From NCBI GenBank assembly GCA_025999275.1, contig AP024680.1, positions 492,522-556,521 on the forward strand: a DNA stretch of 64,000 nucleotides, given 5' to 3'. Position numbers and translations under genes: made by a program. The notes beneath the pieces are model-generated. The model ran no database searches, was not told the origin of the DNA, and worked only from the letters and a program-made list of their open reading frames with translations. This DNA is from Patescibacteria group bacterium (lineage in GTDB: Bacteria; Patescibacteriota; Microgenomatia; UBA8517). Shown piece by piece: positions 27,279-35,458 of this stretch (the stretch's first letter is position 1; each line of letters opens with the position of its first letter).

Positions 27279-28040
27279 ATGATTACAGCTGTGGTCTTGA
27301 CTAAAAATGAGGAAAAAAGTATTAAAGATTGCCTTAAAAGTCTTTCTTTTTGCGACGAGATAATTTTGGTTGATGATTATTCTACTGATAAAACTATTCA
27401 AATAGCATCTTTGTCTGGAGCAGTTGTTTTAAGAAGGAATTTAAATAATGATTTTTCTTCCCAAAGAAATTTTGGGCTTGATAAGGCAAATGGCCCTTGG
27501 GTTTTGTTTGTTGACGCTGATGAGAGGATTCCTGAGAATTTGAAGCTTGAGATTATAAGTAAGATAAATGATCCGGTTAATAAAAATGTTGGCTATTTTA
27601 TTAAAAGAAGAACTTTTTTTCTTGGCAAAGAGCTAAAATTTGGACAAATATCGCAGGATAAAGTTTTAAGATTAGCGAAGAAAGATGCTGGTCGATGGAA
27701 GAGAAAAGTTCATGAGTTTTGGGACATAAAAGGTAGAGTTGATAATTTAAGAAACCCGCTTGATCATTTTACCTGTAATAGTTTGGATGATTTTGTCCAC
27801 AAAATTAATGTTTATTCTGATATTCACGCAGAATCATTACTCGAAGAAAAAAAATACTCAAATCTTTTTAAGATTATTTTTTATCCGCCTTTTAAGTTTT
27901 TTGATAATTTTATTTTGAAGAGAGGATTTTTAGATGGAGTTTATGGCTTGGTTTTTGCTCTTCTGGCTAGTTTTCATTCGTTTTTAGGTTGGAGTAAATT
28001 ATGGCTTTTACAAAGAAATACAAAATTGAAGAAATATTAG
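27279..28040 (+). CDS. GT2 glycosyltransferase
   Basis: 'ITAVVLTKNEEKSIKDCLKSL' and 'IILVDDYSTDKT' form a GT2 fold, and 'VDADERIP' contains a DxD. Confidence 0.65.
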   Translation: MITAVVLTKNEEKSIKDCLKSLSFCDEIILVDDYSTDKTIQIASLSGAVVLRRNLNNDFSSQRNFGLDKANGPWVLFVDADERIPENLKLEIISKINDPVNKNVGYFIKRRTFFLGKELKFGQISQDKVLRLAKKDAGRWKRKVHEFWDIKGRVDNLRNPLDHFTCNSLDDFVHKINVYSDIHAESLLEEKKYSNLFKIIFYPPFKFFDNFILKRGFLDGVYGLVFALLASFHSFLGWSKLWLLQRNTKLKKY

Positions 28041-29200
28041 TTTTTGCCTTTTTGGCCGCTTTTCCTTTTGGTAGGCTTTTGGCTTTCGAATTTTCTTTAT
28101 TTGGCTTTCGCGTGTCTTTTGTTTTTCTTGACTTTATTGCATTTTTGGGTTCTCTTTTGTTTATTTATTTAAATCGAAATAGGCTTAAATTTTTAGACTC
28201 TAACTTCTTAACTTTTGTCTTTCCTTTTTTGTTTTCTTTTTTGTTTTCAATATTTATCTTTAGAGATATCAGAATTTTATTTGGTACTTTTTACTTAGTA
28301 AGAATTTTTTCTTATTTGGGCTTTTATTTTTTTATTAAGGATTTTTTAAAGAGCTCGAAAGACAATAAAAAATTATTGGAGAATAGTTTATTTTTAATAC
28401 TTTTATTTTCTTTATTATTTGGCTTTTTTCAATATTTTTTTTATCCCGACTTAACCTCACTTAAATTTTTGGGGTGGGATGATCATCTTTATCGTATGAC
28501 TGGAAGTTTTCTTGACCCTGGCTTTACCGGAATTATCTTTGTTTTTGGTTTTATATTTTCTTGGGCGAAATTTAGAAGCAATAAATCTAAGAAGTTTTTA
28601 TTTTTTTCTTTGTTGTTTTTAATTGGTATTTCTTTAACCTTTTCTAGGGCGAGTTATTTATCTTTGGTTGTTTCTTTTTTCTATTTTTCTTATCTTAAGA
28701 AGGAGAAGTGGCTTTATGGAGTTTTGTTTGTGGTTATTCTTTTGTTGCTTTTATTATTTATTCCAAAACCTGCTGGAGAAGGTGTTAATTTGGCTCGTCT
28801 TTATAGTGTTTTTGATAGAATAGAAAACTACAGGGAGACATATTTAATTTTTTCCCAATCCCCGATTTTTGGAGTTGGTTTTAATAATCTTTGCCTTGCC
28901 AAAAATATTTATTTTGGAAACGATAATTTTCAGTCGCATAGTTGTGGTGGTTCTGATTCTTCTTTGCTTTTTGTGGTTTCAACCTTGGGAGTTGTTGGTT
29001 TTATGATTTTGATACATCTGGGGCTTGAAATTTGGAGGAAAATAAAAAAGGATGGTTTTGGGATGGTGTTGAGATCTTTTATTATTGCTCTTTTTTTACA
29101 TAGTCAGTTTAATAACAGCTTGTTTTATCCATGGATATTGGCAATTTTGGTGATTGCTTTTGTCTTGGAGTTTAATTCTACTTCCAAAATTGAACCGTAA
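28001..29200 (+). CDS. Wzy_C/O-antigen-ligase-like polytopic membrane protein (candidate O-oligosaccharyltransferase or polymerase)
   Basis: About 10-12 TM segments with a central loop 'LTFSRASYLSLVV' like the Wzy_C (WaaL/PglL/Wzy) signature region. It is the last gene of the GT cluster. Confidence 0.55.
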   Translation: MAFTKKYKIEEILVFAFLAAFPFGRLLAFEFSLFGFRVSFVFLDFIAFLGSLLFIYLNRNRLKFLDSNFLTFVFPFLFSFLFSIFIFRDIRILFGTFYLVRIFSYLGFYFFIKDFLKSSKDNKKLLENSLFLILLFSLLFGFFQYFFYPDLTSLKFLGWDDHLYRMTGSFLDPGFTGIIFVFGFIFSWAKFRSNKSKKFLFFSLLFLIGISLTFSRASYLSLVVSFFYFSYLKKEKWLYGVLFVVILLLLLLFIPKPAGEGVNLARLYSVFDRIENYRETYLIFSQSPIFGVGFNNLCLAKNIYFGNDNFQSHSCGGSDSSLLFVVSTLGVVGFMILIHLGLEIWRKIKKDGFGMVLRSFIIALFLHSQFNNSLFYPWILAILVIAFVLEFNSTSKIEP

Positions 29201-29894
29201 GCCGTTCGATTTTTTTGTTTCCGGCTTTATCTTCAGCGACGATTTCAAAGTCATTATTTCCTTCCTGAAGTGTGACTGCGTAAGTAAAGCTGCCGTCGTT
29301 TTCGATTATAACTATTCTATCGTTTATTTTAAGAGTATCAGCATCTTTTACTTTTCCCTGGATTACTATCTGTCTTTGTTTTGAACCGTAAAATGATGCT
29401 CCATCCTGAGGGGAATAAATAGTTATTTCTGGTGGTTCGTTATCATAATTTATTGTATACGTTGATGTTGGCTGGCTTTCGTTGCCAGAGTTATCTTTTG
29501 CGATAAATGAGATTTTATTTTCGCCGTTTTTGAGAGAAAAAGTGTAAGTAAATAACCCATCTTTTCCTGAAACAATTTCCTCTGTTTGTGAATTGGCTTG
29601 GACAATGATAGTAATTCCAGGTTCAGTTGTTCCCTTTATTTCTATTTTGGGCTGATTAGTGTATTCTGTTGGAACTTGAATATTGGGGACTGCTGGGGGA
29701 ATGGTATCTTGTTTTTCTATTGGTTTTGTACCTTTTCTTAATTCTGAGACAAAAGAAGCAGTTTTTACTATTAATGGAATTCCTAGAAAAATAAAGACGG
29801 CAATGGCGACAATGGTCAAAAAGATGTAAAGACTAGCCTTTCTGATATTTCTTTTTTCTTGAGTTATTATCCTTCTTGAATAAAAGTTGTTCAT
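29178..29894 (-). CDS. Membrane-anchored surface protein with two Ig-like/beta-sandwich domains
   Basis: Starts at Met 'MNNFYSRR' and has a TM anchor 'LYIFLTIVAIAVFIFLGIPLIV'. Two beta-sandwich modules follow (e.g. 'PPEITIYSPQDGASF...DGSFTYAVTLQEGNNDFEIVAEDKAGN'), with Ser/Thr-rich segments. The track ORF extends to 29960, but that extension reads through the tRNA-Thr gene. Confidence 0.5.
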   Translation of the reverse strand: MNNFYSRRIITQEKRNIRKASLYIFLTIVAIAVFIFLGIPLIVKTASFVSELRKGTKPIEKQDTIPPAVPNIQVPTEYTNQPKIEIKGTTEPGITIIVQANSQTEEIVSGKDGLFTYTFSLKNGENKISFIAKDNSGNESQPTSTYTINYDNEPPEITIYSPQDGASFYGSKQRQIVIQGKVKDADTLKINDRIVIIENDGSFTYAVTLQEGNNDFEIVAEDKAGNKKIERLTVQFWK

Positions 29895-29902
29895 AATTTG
29901 AG

Positions 29903-29974
29903 AGCCGATGAGAGGAGTTGAACCTCTAACCTCTCCCTTACGAAGGGATTGCTCTGCCATTGAGCTACATCGGC
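29903..29974 (-). tRNA. tRNA-Thr (anticodon CGT)
   Basis: Hand-folded on the minus strand. Acceptor GCCGATG/CATCGGC, D-arm GCTC-AATGGCA-GAGC, anticodon arm ATCCC-TTCGTAA-GGGAG (one A.G mismatch at 27-43), T-arm AGAGG-TTCAACT-CCTCT. Confidence 0.8.
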
Positions 29975-30013
29975 ATCTTCTTTATTATATCATTTTGGTC
30001 TTTTTTGCTTTAA

Positions 30014-30727
30014 TTAGTATCCAGAAAACTTTTCTGTTCTTAATTTATTTATGCTAGCTTTTGCTAATTCTTCCTCGAGTGCACTTACAAAACTTGGTGG
30101 GCCGCAAAGCCAAAAGGCAGCTTTTGATGTTTGATCTTTGCCGACAAGTGAGATTATGGTTTCTTTATTAAGACGACCAGTCAAACCATTCCACTTTTGT
30201 TTTGATTCTTCTGGGCGAGTTATGGTGATATCTAGTTTTATAATCTTTTCTTTTGACCAATTCTCAAGTTCGTTTTTGAAAGTTATTTCTTCGGTCGTAG
30301 AGCAGGAATAAATCAAGTGAATTGGTGTTTTAAATCTTTTATCAACTTTGTACTTAATCATACTTCTAAATGGAGTTATGCCAATACCTCCGGCGATAAA
30401 AATTTGCGTTTTGTCATCTTCTTTACTAAGACAAAAGTCTCCAATTGGACCTTTATATTTAATGGAATCACCTAATTTTAACGAGTCAAGCGTCATTTTA
30501 TAACCTGACTCTTTCCTTATCTTGGTGGTGATTGCTATTTTTTCTTCAGTGGGAGAAGAACTTATAGTAAAATGTCGAGTGTTTCCTCGATTATCTTTGA
30601 ATTTTAGCTTTGGTAAGGTTAGATATATAAATTGTCCTGCCTTAAAGTTAAAACCTTTTGGTTTCTCAAAGAAAAAAGTCTTAATGTTTTCTGCCTCTTC
30701 CTTTTTGCCGCAAATAGTAAACTCCAT
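30014..30727 (-). CDS. Ferredoxin-NADP+ reductase-like FAD/NAD(P)-binding oxidoreductase
   Basis: FAD-binding 'RHFTISSSP' (RxYS-type) and 'GPIGDF', NAD(P)-binding 'FIAGGIGITPFRSM', and a C-terminal 'CGPP'. This is an FNR-like two-domain fold. Confidence 0.6.
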   Translation of the reverse strand: MEFTICGKKEEAENIKTFFFEKPKGFNFKAGQFIYLTLPKLKFKDNRGNTRHFTISSSPTEEKIAITTKIRKESGYKMTLDSLKLGDSIKYKGPIGDFCLSKEDDKTQIFIAGGIGITPFRSMIKYKVDKRFKTPIHLIYSCSTTEEITFKNELENWSKEKIIKLDITITRPEESKQKWNGLTGRLNKETIISLVGKDQTSKAAFWLCGPPSFVSALEEELAKASINKLRTEKFSGY

Positions 30728-30766
30728 GTCTAGATGATATCATAATATAAAGGGGGTGATTAATAA

Positions 30767-30949
30767 ATGTGTTATAACTGTGGCTGTGGAATACCAGATG
30801 ATGATATGGGTAAAGGCAAGCTGAAAGATGGTGGTGCATCCTTAACAGAAGATGATTTTGTTCATATGGCAAAAGAATGGGGTATGAGCGTTGAAGACAC
30901 AAAGAAAGAGGTCTTGAAACTTTTAAAAAAAGAGCTTAAGGATAAGTAG
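30767..30949 (+). CDS. Small (60 aa) protein with N-terminal Cys triad 'MCYNCGCG' and acidic/Lys-rich tail
   Basis: Strong SD 'AAGGGGGTGA' 7 nt upstream of the ATG. It is transcribed divergently from the FNR-like gene, and the sequence is non-repetitive. Confidence 0.45.
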   Translation: MCYNCGCGIPDDDMGKGKLKDGGASLTEDDFVHMAKEWGMSVEDTKKEVLKLLKKELKDK

Positions 30950-30986
30950 GTTGCCTGTATTTTTGTTTTTACTGTAGAATTAAAAA

Positions 30987-31964
30987 ATGCAGAACCCTTT
31001 TGTTGTACATTTGTTGATTTATCTTGTTTCCTTCGTTGGTATCTGGATAGGTTCGGGTTTTGTCATAAAGTCAATTGAGGTTCTGTCAAGAAAGATTAAA
31101 GTCTCTTCTTTTGCCATCTCTTTCTTGGTGTTGGGTTTTTTTACTTCGATTGGCGAACTATCAGTTGGAGTTAATTCTGTTATGGAAAGAGACCCCGAGA
31201 TTTATGTTGGTAATTTGATTGGCGCTTCTGTAGTAATTTTTCTTCTTGTTATACCTTTGCTTGCAATCTTGGGCAATTCTATCCATATATCTTCAGAATT
31301 TCGTGGTTTTAATTTGGCTGCTTCTTTAATTGTAGTTGCAATCCCTGCTGTTTCGGTGATGGATGGATCAGTAAGTATGAGTGATGGAATTATTTCTCTT
31401 ATTCTTTTTGGGTTCTTATTATTTAGTATTCAGATGAAGAAAGGATTAATTGAGAGAATTGAAGATTTCAATAAAGATTTTGCACTTAGATTGAAAAATG
31501 AATTGCTGAAGATAATTTTTGGGGTGGTAGTGGTTTTTGCAGCAAGCCATTTTATAGTACAAGAAACTTTATATTTTGCTTCTGCTCTTTCTGTTTCTCC
31601 TTTTCTGATAAGTCTTTTGATGGTTTCAATTGGTACTAATATTCCCGAACTCTCGCTTGTGGTAAGATCTATGTTTGTTAGAAATCACCAAGTTGCTTTT
31701 GGAGATTATGTTGGTTCTGCTTGCTTTAACACTTTTTTGTTTGGCTTTTTAACCAAAATCTATAATCAGAGATTTTATCTTTCAAATAGTTATGTTGTCA
31801 GTTTGCTTTTTCTGATTGTAGGTCTTGTTGCCTTTTACTTTTTTGCCAAGAGTAAAAACACAATATCTCGCCTTGAGGGGTTATTTTTGATAATACTTTA
31901 TATTCTTTTTATTTTTACAGAAGTCTATCTTCATGAAAGTCTTATGTTTTGGAATAAAATGTAA
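30987..31964 (+). CDS. Na+/Ca2+ exchanger (CaCA) family membrane protein
   Basis: Two internal repeats each carrying an alpha-repeat-like 'G(T/E)..PEL/GELS' segment ('SIGELSVGVNS', 'SIGTNIPELSLVV'). About 10 TM segments. Confidence 0.5.
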   Translation: MQNPFVVHLLIYLVSFVGIWIGSGFVIKSIEVLSRKIKVSSFAISFLVLGFFTSIGELSVGVNSVMERDPEIYVGNLIGASVVIFLLVIPLLAILGNSIHISSEFRGFNLAASLIVVAIPAVSVMDGSVSMSDGIISLILFGFLLFSIQMKKGLIERIEDFNKDFALRLKNELLKIIFGVVVVFAASHFIVQETLYFASALSVSPFLISLLMVSIGTNIPELSLVVRSMFVRNHQVAFGDYVGSACFNTFLFGFLTKIYNQRFYLSNSYVVSLLFLIVGLVAFYFFAKSKNTISRLEGLFLIILYILFIFTEVYLHESLMFWNKM

Positions 31965-31966
31965 GA

Positions 31967-34411
31967 ATGGACTCAAAATTGATTGGCATTTCAGAAGATG
32001 AGGTAGAATTAAAAATAAAGCAATACGGACTCAATAAATTACCAGAGAAGCCTCGTCCTTCTTTGCTTTACTTTGTTATAAAACAACTAAAGAGTCCTTT
32101 GGTTTATGTTCTTATTTTTGCTTTGTTTTTAACCCTTATTATTGGCGATTATAAGGATTCTTTTGTCATTTTTATTGCTATTTTTATAAACACTTTGTTG
32201 GGCGTGTTTCAGGAAAAGAAAGCCAGTGATTCCTTGTTTGCTTTAAAGAAATATATAAGTGAAAAAGTTGTTGTTATAAGAGATGGAGTGAGAAAAGAAA
32301 TAGATTCTTTATTTCTTGTTCCTGGGGATATTGTTTTTCTTAGACAGGGGGATAAAGTTACTGCTGATGGCGTGATTATTCAGGCTAACCGTTTGTTTTT
32401 AGACGAGTCGGTAATCACAGGTGAAAGTATTCCTGTAGCAAAAGATGACAAAGATGAAGTTTTTACAGGCTCTATAGTTGTCTCGGGTGTATGCTTTATG
32501 AAAGTTGTGTCAACAGGAAATAATACTGTTATTGGGAAAATAGCATCTCAAATACAGGAAAAGGAAGAAGAAACACCCTTTCAAATTCAGCTTAAATTTT
32601 TTAGCCGTCAACTCCTCCTTGTTATTTTATTTTTACTTATTTTTATTTTTTTAGTAGGAATTGTGAAAGGTTTGGGTTTATTTGAGATTTTGGTAGTGTC
32701 TGTAGCCCTTGCTGTTTCAAGTATTCCTGAAGGTCTTCTAATTTCACTAACTGTGATTTTAGTTATCGGGATGAGGCGCACATTGAAAAGGAAAGGTTTA
32801 GTTAGAAGTCTTTTGGCTGCTGAGACCTTGGGTGGTGTAACAACTCTGTGTATCGATAAAACTGGTACCTTGACAGAAGGTAAAATGAAAGTTGTTGGTG
32901 TTTTTGGTGATAAAGTTAAATTGGCAAAGCAAGTTTTAGTGGCAAACGATTTGGATGATCCGATTGTTATAGCTTCTTACGATTGGGCTAGCGGCTTTCT
33001 TAAAGATTTTGGAAAAGATAAATTTGAAAGGTTGGATAGCATTCCCTTTTCTCCAAAAGATAGATATTTTGCAAGTTTAAATAGATGGGGTAAAGATTTT
33101 AACAGACTTTTTGTTAATGGTGCTCCTGACATTATTATTAACTGGTGTAATATTAGTAAAAAGGAAAAGAAAAGGTATCTTTCTTTGATTGACGAATTAA
33201 CCAAGAACGGAAATAGATTGATAGGTTTTGCTTTTAAAGATGTTCTTTTAGGGAAAGATAAAATTTTAGATGGGGATGTAAAAAGAGATTTGAATTGGGT
33301 TGGTGTTATATCTCTTTATGATCCAGTAAGAAAAGGTGTAGCTGATGCTCTGGAAAAAACAAGAAGAGCTGGGATAAGGTTGCTTGTAATAACTGGTGAT
33401 TACCCCAACACTGCGGAGTTTGTTCTTCGCCAGATGGGTTTTAATTTGGAAAAAGAAGAAATAATGCTTGGCAGTGATGTTGAATCTATGAGTTTGAAAG
33501 ACCTTTCTGAAGCGGTGGGCAAAGTAAAACTTTTTGCTAGAACAAAACCTGACCAAAAGTTAAAGATAGTGGAGGCATTGAAACAAAATGGAGAAGTTGT
33601 GGCTATGATGGGCGATGGCGTAAATGATGCCTCTGCTCTTCATAGAGCTGATATTGGTATTGCAGTTGGAGAAGCGACTGATGTTGCTAAGGAATCTTCA
33701 GATCTGGTTTTGCTTGATTCTAACTTTTCAACTATTCTTGCGGCAATTGAGGAGGGTAGAAGCATGTTTGAGAATATAAGAAAAGTTGTTATTTACCTTT
33801 TAAGTGATTCTTTTGCTGAAATATTAATTATTTTATTTTGTATTGTTTTGGGTTTGCCGCTGGCGCTTCTTCCTATTCATATATTATGGATAAATTTAGT
33901 TTCAGACGGCTTCCCTGGTATTGCTATTGCAGTTGACCCAAAAAGGAAGGGTATAATGAATGAACCACCTCGTTTACCATCCGAAAAAATAGTGGAAAGG
34001 TGGATGATTTTACTTATTGCTTCTGTTAGTTTCTTTGCAGGTTTGATTGCCTTTATATTTTTCTTAGTTACCTATAAGTCAACTGGCAATCTGGTCTTGG
34101 CTCGATCGGTTGCGTTTTTGACCCTTGGCCTTAATTCTCTGTTTTATGTTTTTTCAGTTAAGGGGTTGACAATGCCTTTTTGGAAACATAATTTTTTGAA
34201 TAATCGTTGGCTAGTACTTGCAGTTTTTGCTGGTTTTTTATTGCAGGCACTGCCTTTTATTAGCGAATTTACAAGAGATTTGTTTAATATAACTGCTGTT
34301 GGTATTAATTATTGGATTTTGGCTATTCTGGCTTCTTTTGTGGTTTTTTTGTTTGTTGAGTTTTTTAAATTGGTTTTGAAATTTAAGAAGAATTTTATTT
34401 ATGCTTCTTAA
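31967..34411 (+). CDS. P-type cation-transporting ATPase (type IIA, Ca2+-ATPase-like)
   Basis: 'CIDKTGTLTEG' phosphorylation motif, 'KGA' and 'TGES' actuator motifs, 'VITGD', 'MMGDGVNDASAL' and 'PEGL' in TM4. 814 aa. Confidence 0.85.
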   Translation: MDSKLIGISEDEVELKIKQYGLNKLPEKPRPSLLYFVIKQLKSPLVYVLIFALFLTLIIGDYKDSFVIFIAIFINTLLGVFQEKKASDSLFALKKYISEKVVVIRDGVRKEIDSLFLVPGDIVFLRQGDKVTADGVIIQANRLFLDESVITGESIPVAKDDKDEVFTGSIVVSGVCFMKVVSTGNNTVIGKIASQIQEKEEETPFQIQLKFFSRQLLLVILFLLIFIFLVGIVKGLGLFEILVVSVALAVSSIPEGLLISLTVILVIGMRRTLKRKGLVRSLLAAETLGGVTTLCIDKTGTLTEGKMKVVGVFGDKVKLAKQVLVANDLDDPIVIASYDWASGFLKDFGKDKFERLDSIPFSPKDRYFASLNRWGKDFNRLFVNGAPDIIINWCNISKKEKKRYLSLIDELTKNGNRLIGFAFKDVLLGKDKILDGDVKRDLNWVGVISLYDPVRKGVADALEKTRRAGIRLLVITGDYPNTAEFVLRQMGFNLEKEEIMLGSDVESMSLKDLSEAVGKVKLFARTKPDQKLKIVEALKQNGEVVAMMGDGVNDASALHRADIGIAVGEATDVAKESSDLVLLDSNFSTILAAIEEGRSMFENIRKVVIYLLSDSFAEILIILFCIVLGLPLALLPIHILWINLVSDGFPGIAIAVDPKRKGIMNEPPRLPSEKIVERWMILLIASVSFFAGLIAFIFFLVTYKSTGNLVLARSVAFLTLGLNSLFYVFSVKGLTMPFWKHNFLNNRWLVLAVFAGFLLQALPFISEFTRDLFNITAVGINYWILAILASFVVFLFVEFFKLVLKFKKNFIYAS

Positions 34412-34483
34412 GCGGTAAGATGTACTTATTTTATGCAGGGCTTGTTTGGGATAATTGTGTCTTTTTTTTTCAAGATTTAGCGG

Positions 34484-34554
34484 AGCGGGATAGGGGAGTC
34501 GAACCCCTTTCTCCACCTTGGGAAGGTGGCGTTAGGCCGCTTAACTAATCCCGC
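34484..34554 (-). tRNA. tRNA-Gly (anticodon CCC)
   Basis: Hand-folded on the minus strand. Acceptor GCGGGAT/ATCCCGC, D-arm GTTA-AGCGGCC-TAAC, anticodon arm CCACC-TTCCCAA-GGTGG, T-arm AGGGG-TTCGACT-CCCCT. Confidence 0.85.
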
Positions 34555-34621
34555 AATAAACCACCAGCTTTTATTTGCCATAGATTATAGCCCAGCATCT
34601 TGATCTAGTCAAAGAAACTTT

Positions 34622-35182
34622 TTAGCGTGGCAGCCTCAAGACATTGCCTGCATGGATTATATTTGGATTAGCCAACTTGTTTTCTCTTGCAATCTCTACC
34701 CATTTATAACCGTCTCCATAAGCTCTTACTGCAATTTTCCAAAGGTTATCTCCCTTTTGTACAGTATAAGTTCCACCAGTTACCTTTTGCATTTCGGGCG
34801 ATATGGTTGTTTTTACCTCTTTTACTTCAACATTAGGGATTTTTAATTCTTGCCCTTCTCTAATTATGTTTGGATCTTTAATATTGTTTTCTTTGGCGAT
34901 GTCTACCCAATTGTAGCCTGAACCATAGACTTCCTCAGCAATCTTCCAGAGCGACTGATTCTTTTTAACTTTATAGGTCTTTCCAACCTTATTTTCGTTG
35001 CTGGTTTCTTCTTGGGTTTGAGTATTAATAGCAGGTATAGTCTTTCCTGATTTTCCTTTCTTAAAGTAGTTGAAAACAAAAGTTGTGGCTACCAAGACAA
35101 CTATTATTCCCAGGACAGTGCTTATGGTAGACTCGTTGAGTTTAATTGTTTTTAGTATTTTCTTTAAGTCCAATCTAATCAC
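34622..35182 (-). CDS. Membrane-anchored protein with two LysM peptidoglycan-binding domains
   Basis: N-terminal TM, then two LysM repeats ('YKVKKNQSLWKIAEEVYGSGYNWVDIAKENNI...GQELKIP' and 'YTVQKGDNLWKIAVRAYGDGYKWVEIAREN...GNVLRLP'). Strong SD 'AAAGGGGGTG'. Confidence 0.75.
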   Translation of the reverse strand: MIRLDLKKILKTIKLNESTISTVLGIIVVLVATTFVFNYFKKGKSGKTIPAINTQTQEETSNENKVGKTYKVKKNQSLWKIAEEVYGSGYNWVDIAKENNIKDPNIIREGQELKIPNVEVKEVKTTISPEMQKVTGGTYTVQKGDNLWKIAVRAYGDGYKWVEIARENKLANPNIIHAGNVLRLPR

Positions 35183-35240
35183 CCCCTTTTCTGTTTCTTG
35201 GGGGCAGGTGTTAGCCTGAATTTAGATTAATTTGTTTTTA

Positions 35241-35268
35241 TTGTCAAGAGTGTGGTTTGCTTTATTAT
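35241..35268 (+). promoter_or_regulatory. Candidate sigma70-type promoter (TTGTCA-N16-TATTAT) upstream of tRNA-Asp
   Basis: Read directly from the sequence. It lies about 85 nt upstream of the tRNA start. Confidence 0.3.
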
Positions 35269-35324
35269 CCCGGCTTGCGAAGCTGTTCCAAGCCCGGCTT
35301 GGAATTTTGATTGGAATTTTGATA
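35269..35324 (+). repeat. Short direct repeats in the tRNA-Asp leader
   Basis: 'cccggcttg' occurs twice, separated by the hairpin 'gcttgcgaagc'. This is followed by a 12-nt tandem 'ggaattttgatt/ggaattttgata'. Confidence 0.3.
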
Positions 35325-35354
35325 AATCTTAATTTATGGTAAAATAAAGTTGCT

Positions 35355-35428
35355 GGGGCTGTAGCTCAGTTGGTTAGAGCGTCCGCCTGTCACGCGGAAG
35401 GTCGCGGGTTCGAGTCCCGTTAGCCCCG
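35355..35428 (+). tRNA. tRNA-Asp (anticodon GTC)
   Basis: Hand-folded. Acceptor GGGGCTG/TAGCCCC (one G.U pair), D-arm GCTC-AGTTGGTTA-GAGC, anticodon arm TCCGC-CTGTCAC-GCGGA, T-arm GCGGG-TTCGAGT-CCCGT, discriminator G. Confidence 0.85.
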
Positions 35429-35458
35429 CCCCCATTTATCTCTGATATAATAGATTTA

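Noticed and set aside
29895-29960. N-terminal 22 codons of track ORF 29178..29960 ('MAEQSLRKGEVRGSTPLIGSQI')
   Set aside because: These codons are the complement of a well-formed tRNA-Thr gene, so the coding call there is an artefact.
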